This document shows, in pieces, positions 9,260 through 17,808 of a stretch of 60,773 nucleotides of DNA. Each line of letters opens with the position of its first letter. Position 1 is the stretch's first letter. The notes below the pieces were generated by a model, which searched no databases, was not told where the DNA came from, and saw only the letters and a program-made list of their open reading frames with translations. The stretch lies in the NCBI GenBank assembly GCA_905235045.1, contig CAJOJO010000008.1:1-60773 (forward strand). Direction: 5' to 3'. Made by a program: the position numbers and the translations under genes. The stretch is from an uncultured Bacilli bacterium (lineage in GTDB: Bacteria; Bacillota_I; Bacilli_A; RF39; UBA660).

Positions 9260-10453
9260 TTATAAAAAGTCTTTCTTTAAATTAGGATTTTCTAAAGCTT
9301 TAACTAAAGTATCTATTTCTTCTTTAGTATTATAGAATGCTAAACTAATACGTACTGTATTTTTAATATTTAATTCATCTTTTAAAATTTTTGAGCAATG
9401 ATTACCAGCTCTAACACATATTTTATACTTATTTAAGTAATTAGCTAAATCTTCGGCAAATACATCTTTATAGTTTAAAGTAATTATGTTTCCTTTAATA
9501 TTTTGATTATAAATAATTAGATTAGCATTATTTTTTAATTTACTAATTGCATATTCTTTTAATTCATGCTCGTATTTAGTAATATTATCTAATCCTATTT
9601 CATTTAAATATTCAATAACTCTACCTAAACCAATTACCCCAGCAATATTTTGGGTTCCTGCTTCTAATAATTCTGGTAATTCGTCATAAATACGTGTCAT
9701 ATCTGATCCATAGCTACTATTCATCCCACCACCAAATATAATTGGTTTAATATTTTTTAGCAATTCTTCTTTACCATATAAAACACCAACGCCAGTAGGA
9801 CCATACATTTTATGAGCTGAAAAAGCTAAGAAATCAATGTCTAAATCAGTAACATTTATTTTTAAATGTCCCATACTTTGGGCCGCATCTACTAGGACTA
9901 AAATATTATGTTTATGGCATATATCAATTGCTTTCTTTAAATCTCTTGTATCACCAACTACATTAGTAATACTCGCAATACTAAGTACTTTTGTATTTTC
10001 ATTTATTAAGTTTTCTAAACTATTTATGTTTAAAGAATAATCATCGTTTAAATCGATAAATTTGATTTTTAAATCTAAACTATCAGCTAATTCAAACCAA
10101 GGTAATACATTAGATGCATGTTCACTTTTATTAAGTAGTATTTCATCACCTGGTTTTAATACATTTCTAAAGTATCCAAATACTATTTTATTGATGCTGT
10201 CAGTTGTACCGCTTGTAAAAATAATTTCCTCTCTTTTTTTAGCATTTATAAATTCTTTTACTAAATCTCTTGTATGTTCATACTTTTTATTTACTTTTAA
10301 ACTTATATCATATGAACCACGATGTGCATTAGCGGAATAATTGCTGTAATAATCAACAATACTATCAATCATTACTTTTGGCTTTAGAGTTGTTGCCCCA
10401 TTATCAAAATAAATAATATTATTTTTTAACATAGGAAAATCTTCTCGATTCAT
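9260..10453 (-). CDS. sufS: Cysteine desulfurase, SufS type
   Basis: 397 aa class V aminotransferase. The PLP lysine is in SAHKMYGP and the catalytic Cys is in RAGNHCS. Confidence 0.9.
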   Translation of the reverse strand: MNREDFPMLKNNIIYFDNGATTLKPKVMIDSIVDYYSNYSANAHRGSYDISLKVNKKYEHTRDLVKEFINAKKREEIIFTSGTTDSINKIVFGYFRNVLKPGDEILLNKSEHASNVLPWFELADSLDLKIKFIDLNDDYSLNINSLENLINENTKVLSIASITNVVGDTRDLKKAIDICHKHNILVLVDAAQSMGHLKINVTDLDIDFLAFSAHKMYGPTGVGVLYGKEELLKNIKPIIFGGGMNSSYGSDMTRIYDELPELLEAGTQNIAGVIGLGRVIEYLNEIGLDNITKYEHELKEYAISKLKNNANLIIYNQNIKGNIITLNYKDVFAEDLANYLNKYKICVRAGNHCSKILKDELNIKNTVRISLAFYNTKEEIDTLVKALENPNLKKDFL

Positions 10454-10456
10454 AAT

Positions 10457-11245
10457 TCACCTCCAATATTTATTAATTAATTTTTCTAATTTTTGGCTTT
10501 TAAGTCTATCGTATAAAAATTTAGTTTTTAATATGTCTAAAGCTTCATATTCAGTTTTTCCTTTTTTAATTAATGAATTAATTTCTTTATCGCTAAATTT
10601 ACCAACATAAGTTTCATAATTATTTATAGTATCTTCTTCATCAATTAGTAAGTTTGGTTTTATTATACAGTCTTTATCAGTAAGATTAATTATTTTATCA
10701 TTTTGATTAAGTTCACATTTATTTATACCATTATATACTACGCTAGTAACATTAAATATTGTAGTACCATTATCTATATTAAGTCCATTATTAACAATAT
10801 TACTTTTTGTTTTTGGAGCATTATGATAAATATAGGTATCATATTTATGTTTATCAGGAACAATAGTTTTAAACAAATAATCGATAGAAGCGTTTTCACC
10901 ATTCAAAGAAATAATATCTAATTCTCTAACTTCTTTAACATTATAAAATTTAATTACTTTTAGTTTAGAATTTTTATCTAGGTTATATTTATATTGGATT
11001 TTAATTTTCTTTTCTTTTCTAATTTCAACTACTTTTAAACTACAGTTTGAACTAATATTATATTCAATATCCAATTTTGTTTCTTTACTATTTTCATAAA
11101 TTATTTCTAATTCTGTATTACCAATACAATCAATTATGATATTTTTAATGTCAAATAATTCAAATTTATCAGATAAAGATACACTTATTAAATCATCTGT
11201 TTCTAATAATTCAAATTGATTGTTCTTAAAACTTATTCTATTCAT
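10457..11245 (-). CDS. Divergent SufB/SufD-family paralogue
   Basis: 262 aa from the ATG with an AGGAG RBS. It lies immediately upstream of sufS, and its C-terminal helix region resembles the SufB/SufD tails at 24540 and 25560. Confidence 0.55.
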   Translation of the reverse strand: MNRISFKNNQFELLETDDLISVSLSDKFELFDIKNIIIDCIGNTELEIIYENSKETKLDIEYNISSNCSLKVVEIRKEKKIKIQYKYNLDKNSKLKVIKFYNVKEVRELDIISLNGENASIDYLFKTIVPDKHKYDTYIYHNAPKTKSNIVNNGLNIDNGTTIFNVTSVVYNGINKCELNQNDKIINLTDKDCIIKPNLLIDEEDTINNYETYVGKFSDKEINSLIKKGKTEYEALDILKTKFLYDRLKSQKLEKLINKYWR

Positions 11246-11312
11246 CCTACTACTCCTGTCTAGTAAATATTTTACCATATTTTAAATAAAAAAAAAGAAG
11301 TTTTTCTTTTTT

Positions 11313-11750
11313 TTAGTTTATAAGTGTAAAAATAGAGGCAACTATTACTCCAAGTAAGATTCCAACAAATACTTCTAAAGGTTCATGACCTAGTTTTTCT
11401 TTTAAATGATGGAAAGCTTTTTTGGGGTTACCTTTCATCATGGCATCAAATATTTGGTTAATAGCTGCTGCTTGTTTACCACTTTCCCATCTAACGCCTA
11501 ATGCGTCATATGAAGTAATACAAGTAAATATTAAAGCAACGGCAAATATAGGGGTATCAAATCCTTCTTCATAACCGATTAAAGTGGTTAAAGAAACAGA
11601 AAAAACGGTATGAGTGCTTGGCATACCACCAGCGCCATTAAATAGTCTAGCAATGTTTATTTTTTTTGTTTTAATTGTTTCACCTAAAAATTTAATGATT
11701 TGGCATATTACTAAAGCTGTAAAAGGACAAATAATATAAATATACTTCAT
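11313..11750 (-). CDS. Divergent PAP2 family membrane protein (YuiD-like)
   Basis: 145 aa, with a GGMPSTHT motif and multiple TMs. Confidence 0.75.
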   Translation of the reverse strand: MKYIYIICPFTALVICQIIKFLGETIKTKKINIARLFNGAGGMPSTHTVFSVSLTTLIGYEEGFDTPIFAVALIFTCITSYDALGVRWESGKQAAAINQIFDAMMKGNPKKAFHHLKEKLGHEPLEVFVGILLGVIVASIFTLIN

Positions 11751-11753
11751 AAA

Positions 11754-12476
11754 TCACCTCTTAATTTTATTGAGTAGATATTTTGTTCTTAAATAAAGTC
11801 CAGTATATAATTCATAATAACTATCTAAAAAATCATTTATTTCTTTTTCTACTTTTTCACTTACTTCTAATTTATCGATTTTTTCAATGTCTACGTAATA
11901 GAATAAGCGAATTAGTTTTATGGCTTTTTCACTAACGATTATATCATTAGTTAAACAATTACGACATATAAAGCCACCACGACTACCTGATAAAGTTACA
12001 ATATTTGTTTTAGAACCGCATATACTACAACTATCTAAAACTGGTAAAACACCTAAATATTCTAAATATTTAAGTTCTAATATATTGGTTATAACCCGAT
12101 AGTCAAATCCATCATTTATTTTTTTTAAGCTATCTATTAATAGTTTATATACTTCTTTTTTATTATTTTGTTTCATTACTTGAGTTCCTAATTCAAGTAA
12201 ATATGTTGCATAACTTATTTTATTAATATCTTTTTTAATATTAGTAAAGTTATTAATTATGTCAACACCAGTTATTACTGATAATTTATCCTGCTTATCG
12301 ATTATTTGGAAATCAGCATAAGTTAGTTTTGTTGTGCCAGCTCTTAGACTACTTTTTAATGTTTTAGCGCCTTTAGCCATAGCGGAAATAATTCCTGATT
12401 CAGTTAAAATACCAACTATTTTACTAGTTTCACCATAAGATGTTTCACTTACCACAATACCAGTTATTTTTTCCAT
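11754..12476 (-). CDS. recO: DNA repair protein RecO
   Basis: 240 aa with the Zn motif CSICG...CRNC. Its position after era-yqzL matches Bacillus. Confidence 0.85.
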   Translation of the reverse strand: MEKITGIVVSETSYGETSKIVGILTESGIISAMAKGAKTLKSSLRAGTTKLTYADFQIIDKQDKLSVITGVDIINNFTNIKKDINKISYATYLLELGTQVMKQNNKKEVYKLLIDSLKKINDGFDYRVITNILELKYLEYLGVLPVLDSCSICGSKTNIVTLSGSRGGFICRNCLTNDIIVSEKAIKLIRLFYYVDIEKIDKLEVSEKVEKEINDFLDSYYELYTGLYLRTKYLLNKIKR

Positions 12477-12707
12477 TTAAATCACTAATTCAAAACGATA
12501 TTCTTGGGTTTCATCAGGATATTTTTCTTTATCAACTTTGGAATTAAACATATCATAAGGTCTTGTCCATATTAAATGTTTACCATACAAAGCTTCATAA
12601 ACAACTACTTCTTCATTTGTTTCTGAATCAGTAGCGATACATAATACTTTATATAACTCGCCTTTAAAATGTCTATATGTTTTACCGACTAATATTACTC
12701 TTTCCAT
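12477..12707 (-). CDS. DUF1653 domain protein
   Basis: 76 aa. The YRHFKGELYKV...VVYEALYG...WTRPYDMF pattern is present. Confidence 0.7.
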   Translation of the reverse strand: MERVILVGKTYRHFKGELYKVLCIATDSETNEEVVVYEALYGKHLIWTRPYDMFNSKVDKEKYPDETQEYRFELVI

Positions 12708-12789
12708 TTTTTTCTAACTCCTTATACTTAAGATAATACTCAATTTTACCAGTATTTTTAAATAAATCCCATAATAATTTTTTATTCAT
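12682..12789 (-). CDS. yqzL: YqzL-like small protein (not in the ORF track)
   Basis: 35 aa, MNKKLLWDLFKNTGKIEYYLKYKELEKNGKSNISR, with RBS AGGTGA. It lies between era and recO like B. subtilis yqzL, and overlaps the next ORF by 26 nt. Confidence 0.55.
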   Translation of the reverse strand: MNKKLLWDLFKNTGKIEYYLKYKELEKNGKSNISR

Positions 12790-12828
12790 TTTTATCACCT
12801 ATTATATATAGATGATTTTTTAAGTTTT

Positions 12829-13716
12829 TTATTCACTAAAATCGTTAAAACCAAATTCGTGCAAATATTTTTCTTTGTCACGCCAATTTTTAATTGTTTT
12901 AACATAAGTTTCTAGATATACTTTTTTATTTAGTAAAGTTTCTAATTCTTTTCTTGCTTGAATACCAATGTTTTTAATTTTAATTCCTTGTTTTCCAATA
13001 ATAATTTTTTTTAAGTTATCTCTATCTACTATAATAGCGACATTTATATGATAACTATTATTATCTTTTTCAATGTTTTCTACAACGCAAGTTAGAGAAT
13101 GTGGTACTTCTTCTTTTGTTTCATTAAATACTTTTTCTCTTACTATTTCTGCAATTTGGAAAGTTAATGGTTTATTAGTTACCATATTATCATCATAGTA
13201 TTTATATTCATCAGTTAAATATTTTTTTATTGTTTTAATTAGTTCATCTTTATTTTTTCCTTTAATAGCGGAAACAGGAACTATTTCATCAAAGTTATAC
13301 AATTCATTATATTCTTTTATTTTTTCTAATATTTGATCATTACTTATTTTATCTATTTTGTTTAAAACCAAGATAATTGGTTTTTTTGCTTCTTTAATTT
13401 TTTCTAAAACAAATTCGTCTCCTTTACCAAAAGGTTCATTAATATCGGTTAAAAATAAGATAACATCAACATCATTCATACTATAGTATGATTGTTTATT
13501 TAAGTAATCACCTAATTTATGGTTAGGCTTATGTACTCCAGGAGTATCAACAAATATTATTTGTGTATCATCTTCATTATATATTCCTTGAATAATATTA
13601 CGAGTTGTTTGTGGTTTATTTGATGTTATTGCGACTTTTTTACCAATAATACTATTTAATAAAGTACTTTTACCTACATTAGGTCTTCCTACTAATCCAA
13701 CAAAACCCGATCTCAT
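12829..13716 (-). CDS. era: GTPase Era
   Basis: 295 aa with G1 GRPNVGKST, G3 DTPG, G4 NKID and a C-terminal KH domain. Confidence 0.97.
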   Translation of the reverse strand: MRSGFVGLVGRPNVGKSTLLNSIIGKKVAITSNKPQTTRNIIQGIYNEDDTQIIFVDTPGVHKPNHKLGDYLNKQSYYSMNDVDVILFLTDINEPFGKGDEFVLEKIKEAKKPIILVLNKIDKISNDQILEKIKEYNELYNFDEIVPVSAIKGKNKDELIKTIKKYLTDEYKYYDDNMVTNKPLTFQIAEIVREKVFNETKEEVPHSLTCVVENIEKDNNSYHINVAIIVDRDNLKKIIIGKQGIKIKNIGIQARKELETLLNKKVYLETYVKTIKNWRDKEKYLHEFGFNDFSE

Positions 13717-14102
13717 TTTAAATCCTCTTCATTAAAAGGGTATGGACATAATTCACTAACTTTATATTCTTTTTTTTCGCCATTATTATTATAAAAATAT
13801 AGTGAATCATTTTTATCAAAGAATTCTTGAATTACTTGACGACAACCAAAACAACTAGTGCTTATTCTACTACTATCTTTACATAGACAATGTAGTTCTT
13901 TAAAATCACCTTTTTTATATCCTTTACTTATTGCCCTTACAATAGCGCTTCTTTCTGAGCATATTGATGAACCATAGGAAGCATTTTCTACATTTACTCC
14001 TTCTATTTCTGTTCCATCTTTCATAACTAATATAGTAGCTACTCTAAATTTAGAGTATGGACTATAAGAATTATTAGCTAAATTCATTAGTTTTTCAAAC
14101 AT
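13713..14102 (-). CDS. cdd: Cytidine deaminase
   Basis: 129 aa with zinc-ligand motifs CSERSA and CFGCRQ. Confidence 0.93.
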   Translation of the reverse strand: MFEKLMNLANNSYSPYSKFRVATILVMKDGTEIEGVNVENASYGSSICSERSAIVRAISKGYKKGDFKELHCLCKDSSRISTSCFGCRQVIQEFFDKNDSLYFYNNNGEKKEYKVSELCPYPFNEEDLK

Positions 14103-14148
14103 ATTATCACCAATATAATTATACTAAATATTTTAATTTTATACAATG

Positions 14149-14177
14149 TTTACAGATTAATAAATATGTGCTAGAAT
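14149..14177 (+). promoter_or_regulatory. Plus-strand promoter for a candidate antisense small RNA
   Basis: TTTACA(14149..14154), a 17-nt spacer, then TAGAAT(14172..14177) with an upstream TGC extended -10. Confidence 0.45.
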
Positions 14178-14183
14178 GTATAT

Positions 14184-14289
14184 AGATGAGTTATTACTCA
14201 TAAAATAAATTAGGAACACTTAATATTAGTATGTTGGGTGTTGCCTGAATAATTTCAGTTCACCTAACAATTGTTAGGTGATTTTTTTC
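14184..14289 (+). ncRNA. Candidate ~105-nt small RNA convergent with the hydrophobic peptide gene (putative type I antitoxin)
   Basis: It is bounded by the promoter above and a perfect-palindrome terminator with a T7 run. It has no meaningful ORF. It is fully complementary to the 3' extension of the minus-strand transcript. Confidence 0.4.
14260..14288 (+). terminator. Intrinsic terminator (perfect 22-nt palindrome plus T7), efficient only in the plus direction
   Basis: TCACCTAACAATTGTTAGGTGA is followed by TTTTTTT on the plus strand. No U tract follows it on the minus strand. Confidence 0.6.
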
Positions 14290-14373
14290 TTATATGAATA
14301 TTACTAATAGCAATATTACAAGTAAGATTATGATAGAAAGTAGGAAAAAGATTAAAAAATCTTTCTTACTCAT
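14290..14373 (-). CDS. 27-aa hydrophobic peptide (candidate type I toxin; not in the ORF track)
   Basis: MSKKDFLIFFLLSIIILLVILLLVIFI. RBS GGAGGTGG lies 6 nt upstream of the ATG at 14373, and the stop is TAA at 14292..14290. Confidence 0.5.
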   Translation of the reverse strand: MSKKDFLIFFLLSIIILLVILLLVIFI

Positions 14374-14438
14374 AATACCACCTCCAATCATTTTCAGACT
14401 AAAGGCAATCACCCAACTATTTAAATGTTCCTAATATT

Positions 14439-14467
14439 ATTATACTGGTTATATATCTATTAGTCAA
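14439..14467 (-). promoter_or_regulatory. Promoter of the small-peptide transcript
   Basis: The minus strand reads TTGACT(14467..14462), a 17-nt spacer, then TATAAT(14444..14439), directly after the dgkA terminator hairpin. Confidence 0.5.
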
Positions 14468-14493
14468 CATAAAAAGCGAAAATTAATTCGCTT

Positions 14494-14892
14494 TTATTTT
14501 ATACATTCTATTATCTTAGGAACATAAATATTTATTGCGCCAATTAAAGCAGTTATCGATAAAATTAAAGTTGCGCTACTAGCTGCATCTTTAGCTATTT
14601 TAGCTAAAGGATGGGTTTTTAAAGTTTCTAAATCAACTACTGCTTCTATAGCTGTATTAATCATTTCACTAGCCATAACAAGTCCAATAATTAAAATAAC
14701 AAATAACCATTCAGTAGAATTTAAATCTAATAATATACCACTTATACTAGCTACTAAAGCAGCTAATATAATAATTATCATATTATGTTCATAACGAATA
14801 GCATAAATAATTCCATCAATTGCGTGAATAAAACTTTTACCATAACGTTCTACCGCATTTCCTGTATCCTTATTTCGTGATATTTGCTTCAT
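14494..14892 (-). CDS. dgkA: Diacylglycerol/undecaprenol kinase DgkA
   Basis: 132 aa, 3 TM. The position after ybeY matches Bacillus. Confidence 0.9.
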   Translation of the reverse strand: MKQISRNKDTGNAVERYGKSFIHAIDGIIYAIRYEHNMIIIILAALVASISGILLDLNSTEWLFVILIIGLVMASEMINTAIEAVVDLETLKTHPLAKIAKDAASSATLILSITALIGAINIYVPKIIECIK

Positions 14893-15307
14893 TAAGTATT
14901 ACCTCCTGCTTACTAAACATTATCTTTTCATCTTCTTTTTTCATATGATCATATCCTAATAAATGAAGAAAACCATGAACAGCTAGAAAACAAATTTCTC
15001 TTTTAAAACTATGACCATATTCTATAGCTTGTTCTTTAGCTTTATCCAAAGAAATATAAATATCACCTAATATACGATACTCCTCTATTTCTTCTTCATT
15101 ATCTTCTAAAGCAAATGTTATAACATCAGTAGGTCTATCAACATGACGATATTCTCTATTTAATTTATGAATATATTCATTATCAACAATAATAACATTA
15201 AATTCAATATTAGCTAATTTTTCAATTTCAATAGCTTTATTTAAAACAAATTCTATATCTTTGATTTCTTTTATTTCTTCATTTGTTAAATTATTTATTT
15301 CAAACAT
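14870..15307 (-). CDS. ybeY: rRNA maturation endoribonuclease YbeY
   Basis: 145 aa with the zinc motif HGFLHLLGYDH. Confidence 0.95.
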   Translation of the reverse strand: MFEINNLTNEEIKEIKDIEFVLNKAIEIEKLANIEFNVIIVDNEYIHKLNREYRHVDRPTDVITFALEDNEEEIEEYRILGDIYISLDKAKEQAIEYGHSFKREICFLAVHGFLHLLGYDHMKKEDEKIMFSKQEVILNEANITK

Positions 15308-15923
15308 TAAATCCTCCTAAAATATAATAAATATAATGACAAATAATCCCTACTATTATAATAACCACAATATTATAAAATACTTCGTTAGTTAAAAACT
15401 TAGGTAACTTATCTTTGATTTTCATTAAGAAACGATATATAAAATATCCTACAAAAGCTCCTAGTAAATTAAGTAAAATATCATCAACATCAAATACTCG
15501 ACCAATAATTAATTGTGTTGCTTCGATAGTTACTGAAGCGATTAAACTTAGTATAAAAACATATCTTTTCTTATCAATTCTTAAAAAATAAGAAATAAAG
15601 AATCCATAAGGAATAAACATAATCATATTTCCAATAACATTTTTAAAAAACATATCAGAAAATAAATCATATCTCATTATTTCTTTAAAAGGAATAAAAT
15701 TTGATGTTGACCAACTAACATCTTGAAAAGTTACAACATAGAATAAACCAATTATATAAATAATAAATCCTAGTTTAAATATTTCACTATATAAACGAAA
15801 TTTTTCTCTTGTTTTTATTAAATAAGATATTCTAAGAGATACCAAAATAACAGTTATTATAAGAACCATGGGCCATATATTAGCTAAAATATTTTTAATT
15901 GTTATATCAAACATCTTATTCAC
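15300..15923 (-). CDS. VanZ-family membrane protein
   Basis: 207 aa, multi-TM, with a VanZ-like RVFDVDDILLNLLGAFVGY segment. Confidence 0.75.
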   Translation of the reverse strand: MNKMFDITIKNILANIWPMVLIITVILVSLRISYLIKTREKFRLYSEIFKLGFIIYIIGLFYVVTFQDVSWSTSNFIPFKEIMRYDLFSDMFFKNVIGNMIMFIPYGFFISYFLRIDKKRYVFILSLIASVTIEATQLIIGRVFDVDDILLNLLGAFVGYFIYRFLMKIKDKLPKFLTNEVFYNIVVIIIVGIICHYIYYILGGFNV

Positions 15924-17064
15924 CTTCTATATAAACATAATCAGTTATATCTTCATATACTGTAAAAAACATCTCTACTATTATTTTACTATTATTTTCT
16001 TCAACTTTCAATTTTTTTGTGCGAATAATATACTCTTTTTCTTTTAATCTTTTTTTTATTTTGTTTTCCGCACACTCAATTGCTTTATTGGTTGCTTCTT
16101 CATAGGTGAGTTTTTGTTTAATATATTTAACTTTTTTATATGTTTCTTTAGTAATAGAAATCGGTAAAAAAAGATGTTTAAAAATATTTGTTTCACTTTT
16201 TTTAACATTATAATTTTTAATATGGTTTAATTTAAATTTAAAACTATTTATATTAAAAAAATAAATATCTTTTTCATCACTCATTATTTTTTCTTCATAA
16301 TAAATTAATGGATATTCTACTTCTACTTTATACCATACTTCACCATATACTTTACCTATCGCCACTTTATTTTCTTTTAAGTTATCATTTAAGTAAATAC
16401 TACCTGATATAATAACATCACCTTTATGAACATAGTCATTTTTATTTTTTATTATTTCACCATTTTCAGCTTCAATTTTTAATATTGTGGCGTTCTTTTT
16501 GGCAACTATATTTCTTGGTAATAAAGTATCTTTTTCATTATTTATAATTCTTTCTTCAACTCTAACAATATATTTAGTACCAATTCTTTCTATTTCTAAC
16601 CATTCTATTTTATCTTGATATTTCTTTAAAATTTTTTCTTTTACTTTATTAATATATTTATAACTCTTTTTAAGAGCCATTGGTTTAATATCATAATTTA
16701 CTAATTCTTCTCTAAGTAGTTCTCTTATATTTTTATCATTATGAATTATATCTACTTTAAAAATAATATTACTTAAAAATAGAATAAATAAAAAGCTTAT
16801 CATTAGGATTATTAATATATATTTATATTTTTTAAGAATATTTTTAATTTTGTTTATTCCGTATAATTCAACTATTTTAATCTCATATATTGTTTTTAGT
16901 TCATTTATTTTAGCATAATCATTATTATTTATAATAATATTTACTTCATTATATTTTAGATAGTCTATTTTATATAATTCAATATTTAAGGATATTAGTC
17001 TTTTAATAAATCTTTCAATATTTTTACCAGTTATATTTATTTTTATTTTATTCACGGATATCAA
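15916..17064 (-). CDS. yqfD: Sporulation protein YqfD
   Basis: 382 aa with a central TM. It follows yqfC as in Bacillus and Clostridia. Confidence 0.8.
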   Translation of the reverse strand: MISVNKIKINITGKNIERFIKRLISLNIELYKIDYLKYNEVNIIINNNDYAKINELKTIYEIKIVELYGINKIKNILKKYKYILIILMISFLFILFLSNIIFKVDIIHNDKNIRELLREELVNYDIKPMALKKSYKYINKVKEKILKKYQDKIEWLEIERIGTKYIVRVEERIINNEKDTLLPRNIVAKKNATILKIEAENGEIIKNKNDYVHKGDVIISGSIYLNDNLKENKVAIGKVYGEVWYKVEVEYPLIYYEEKIMSDEKDIYFFNINSFKFKLNHIKNYNVKKSETNIFKHLFLPISITKETYKKVKYIKQKLTYEEATNKAIECAENKIKKRLKEKEYIIRTKKLKVEENNSKIIVEMFFTVYEDITDYVYIEGE

Positions 17065-17287
17065 TTCTTTCTATTTTACCTTCAATTAATAATTCATCTT
17101 TTAATAGTTTACTAATCACTAAATTATTACCATTTATCGTAATTATCTTATTTTCGTTATAAACAATTATTTTATTATTATCAAAGTGACCAATATCACT
17201 ATAATTAACAACATTAATCTTATTATTTAGGTAAATTAATTTAAATTCGTTTTCTAATATATAGGTTCTTAATTTATCAAAAGACAT
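17048..17287 (-). CDS. yqfC: Sporulation protein YqfC (YabP/YqfC family)
   Basis: 79 aa, overlapping the yqfD start. Confidence 0.75.
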   Translation of the reverse strand: MSFDKLRTYILENEFKLIYLNNKINVVNYSDIGHFDNNKIIVYNENKIITINGNNLVISKLLKDELLIEGKIERIDIRE

Positions 17288-17346
17288 AGTATCACCTATA
17301 TAATTTTATTTTTTAAATAATAAAAAAAGAACTTTATTAAGTTCTT

Positions 17347-17799
17347 TTATTGGATTATTCCTGATGAGTCTTTAATCATTATTTTATATTCTTCAGTTAT
17401 TTCAGTATATTCGTCTTCACCTAAATCATATGTAAATGTTCCTTTATATGTTCCATCTTCTTTTATTTTAATTTCTTCAGTTTCAAATTTAATAGGTCTT
17501 TTTATTTCATGTTCATTTCTTATTGTTTTACCAAAAAGAATAATCATATATTTCACTTGAACATCTTTAAATTTTTTATCTTCTACTATTGGCTCAATAT
17601 TAAGACTATATGTTAGTTGGTTATTTTTAAATGATTTAATATTAACTGTTGTTTTAATATATCTCATAGCCATAGTACCATTTAGTTCAATAATATGTTT
17701 TTTACTTCCACCAAAGAAGATGATTAATGTACCAGTGATTAATAATACCACAATAATTAGTATTAAAATAAGTACTTTTTTTATATTTAATTTTTTCAT
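17347..17799 (-). CDS. Membrane-anchored hypothetical protein co-transcribed with the 630-aa pilin-like gene
   Basis: 150 aa with an N-terminal TM. RBS AGGAGG lies 9 nt after the upstream stop. Confidence 0.6.
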   Translation of the reverse strand: MKKLNIKKVLILILIIVVLLITGTLIIFFGGSKKHIIELNGTMAMRYIKTTVNIKSFKNNQLTYSLNIEPIVEDKKFKDVQVKYMIILFGKTIRNEHEIKRPIKFETEEIKIKEDGTYKGTFTYDLGEDEYTEITEEYKIMIKDSSGIIQ

Positions 17800-17808
17800 G
17801 CTGACCTC

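Larger units (their letters stand above)
14209..14435. repeat. Imperfect ~35-nt inverted repeat flanking the small-peptide ORF
   Basis: 14209..14246 reads ATTAGGAACACTTAATATTAGTATGTTGGGTGTTGCCT. The reverse complement of 14403..14435 reads ATTAGGAACATTTAAATAGTTGGGTGATTGCCT. Confidence 0.7.
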
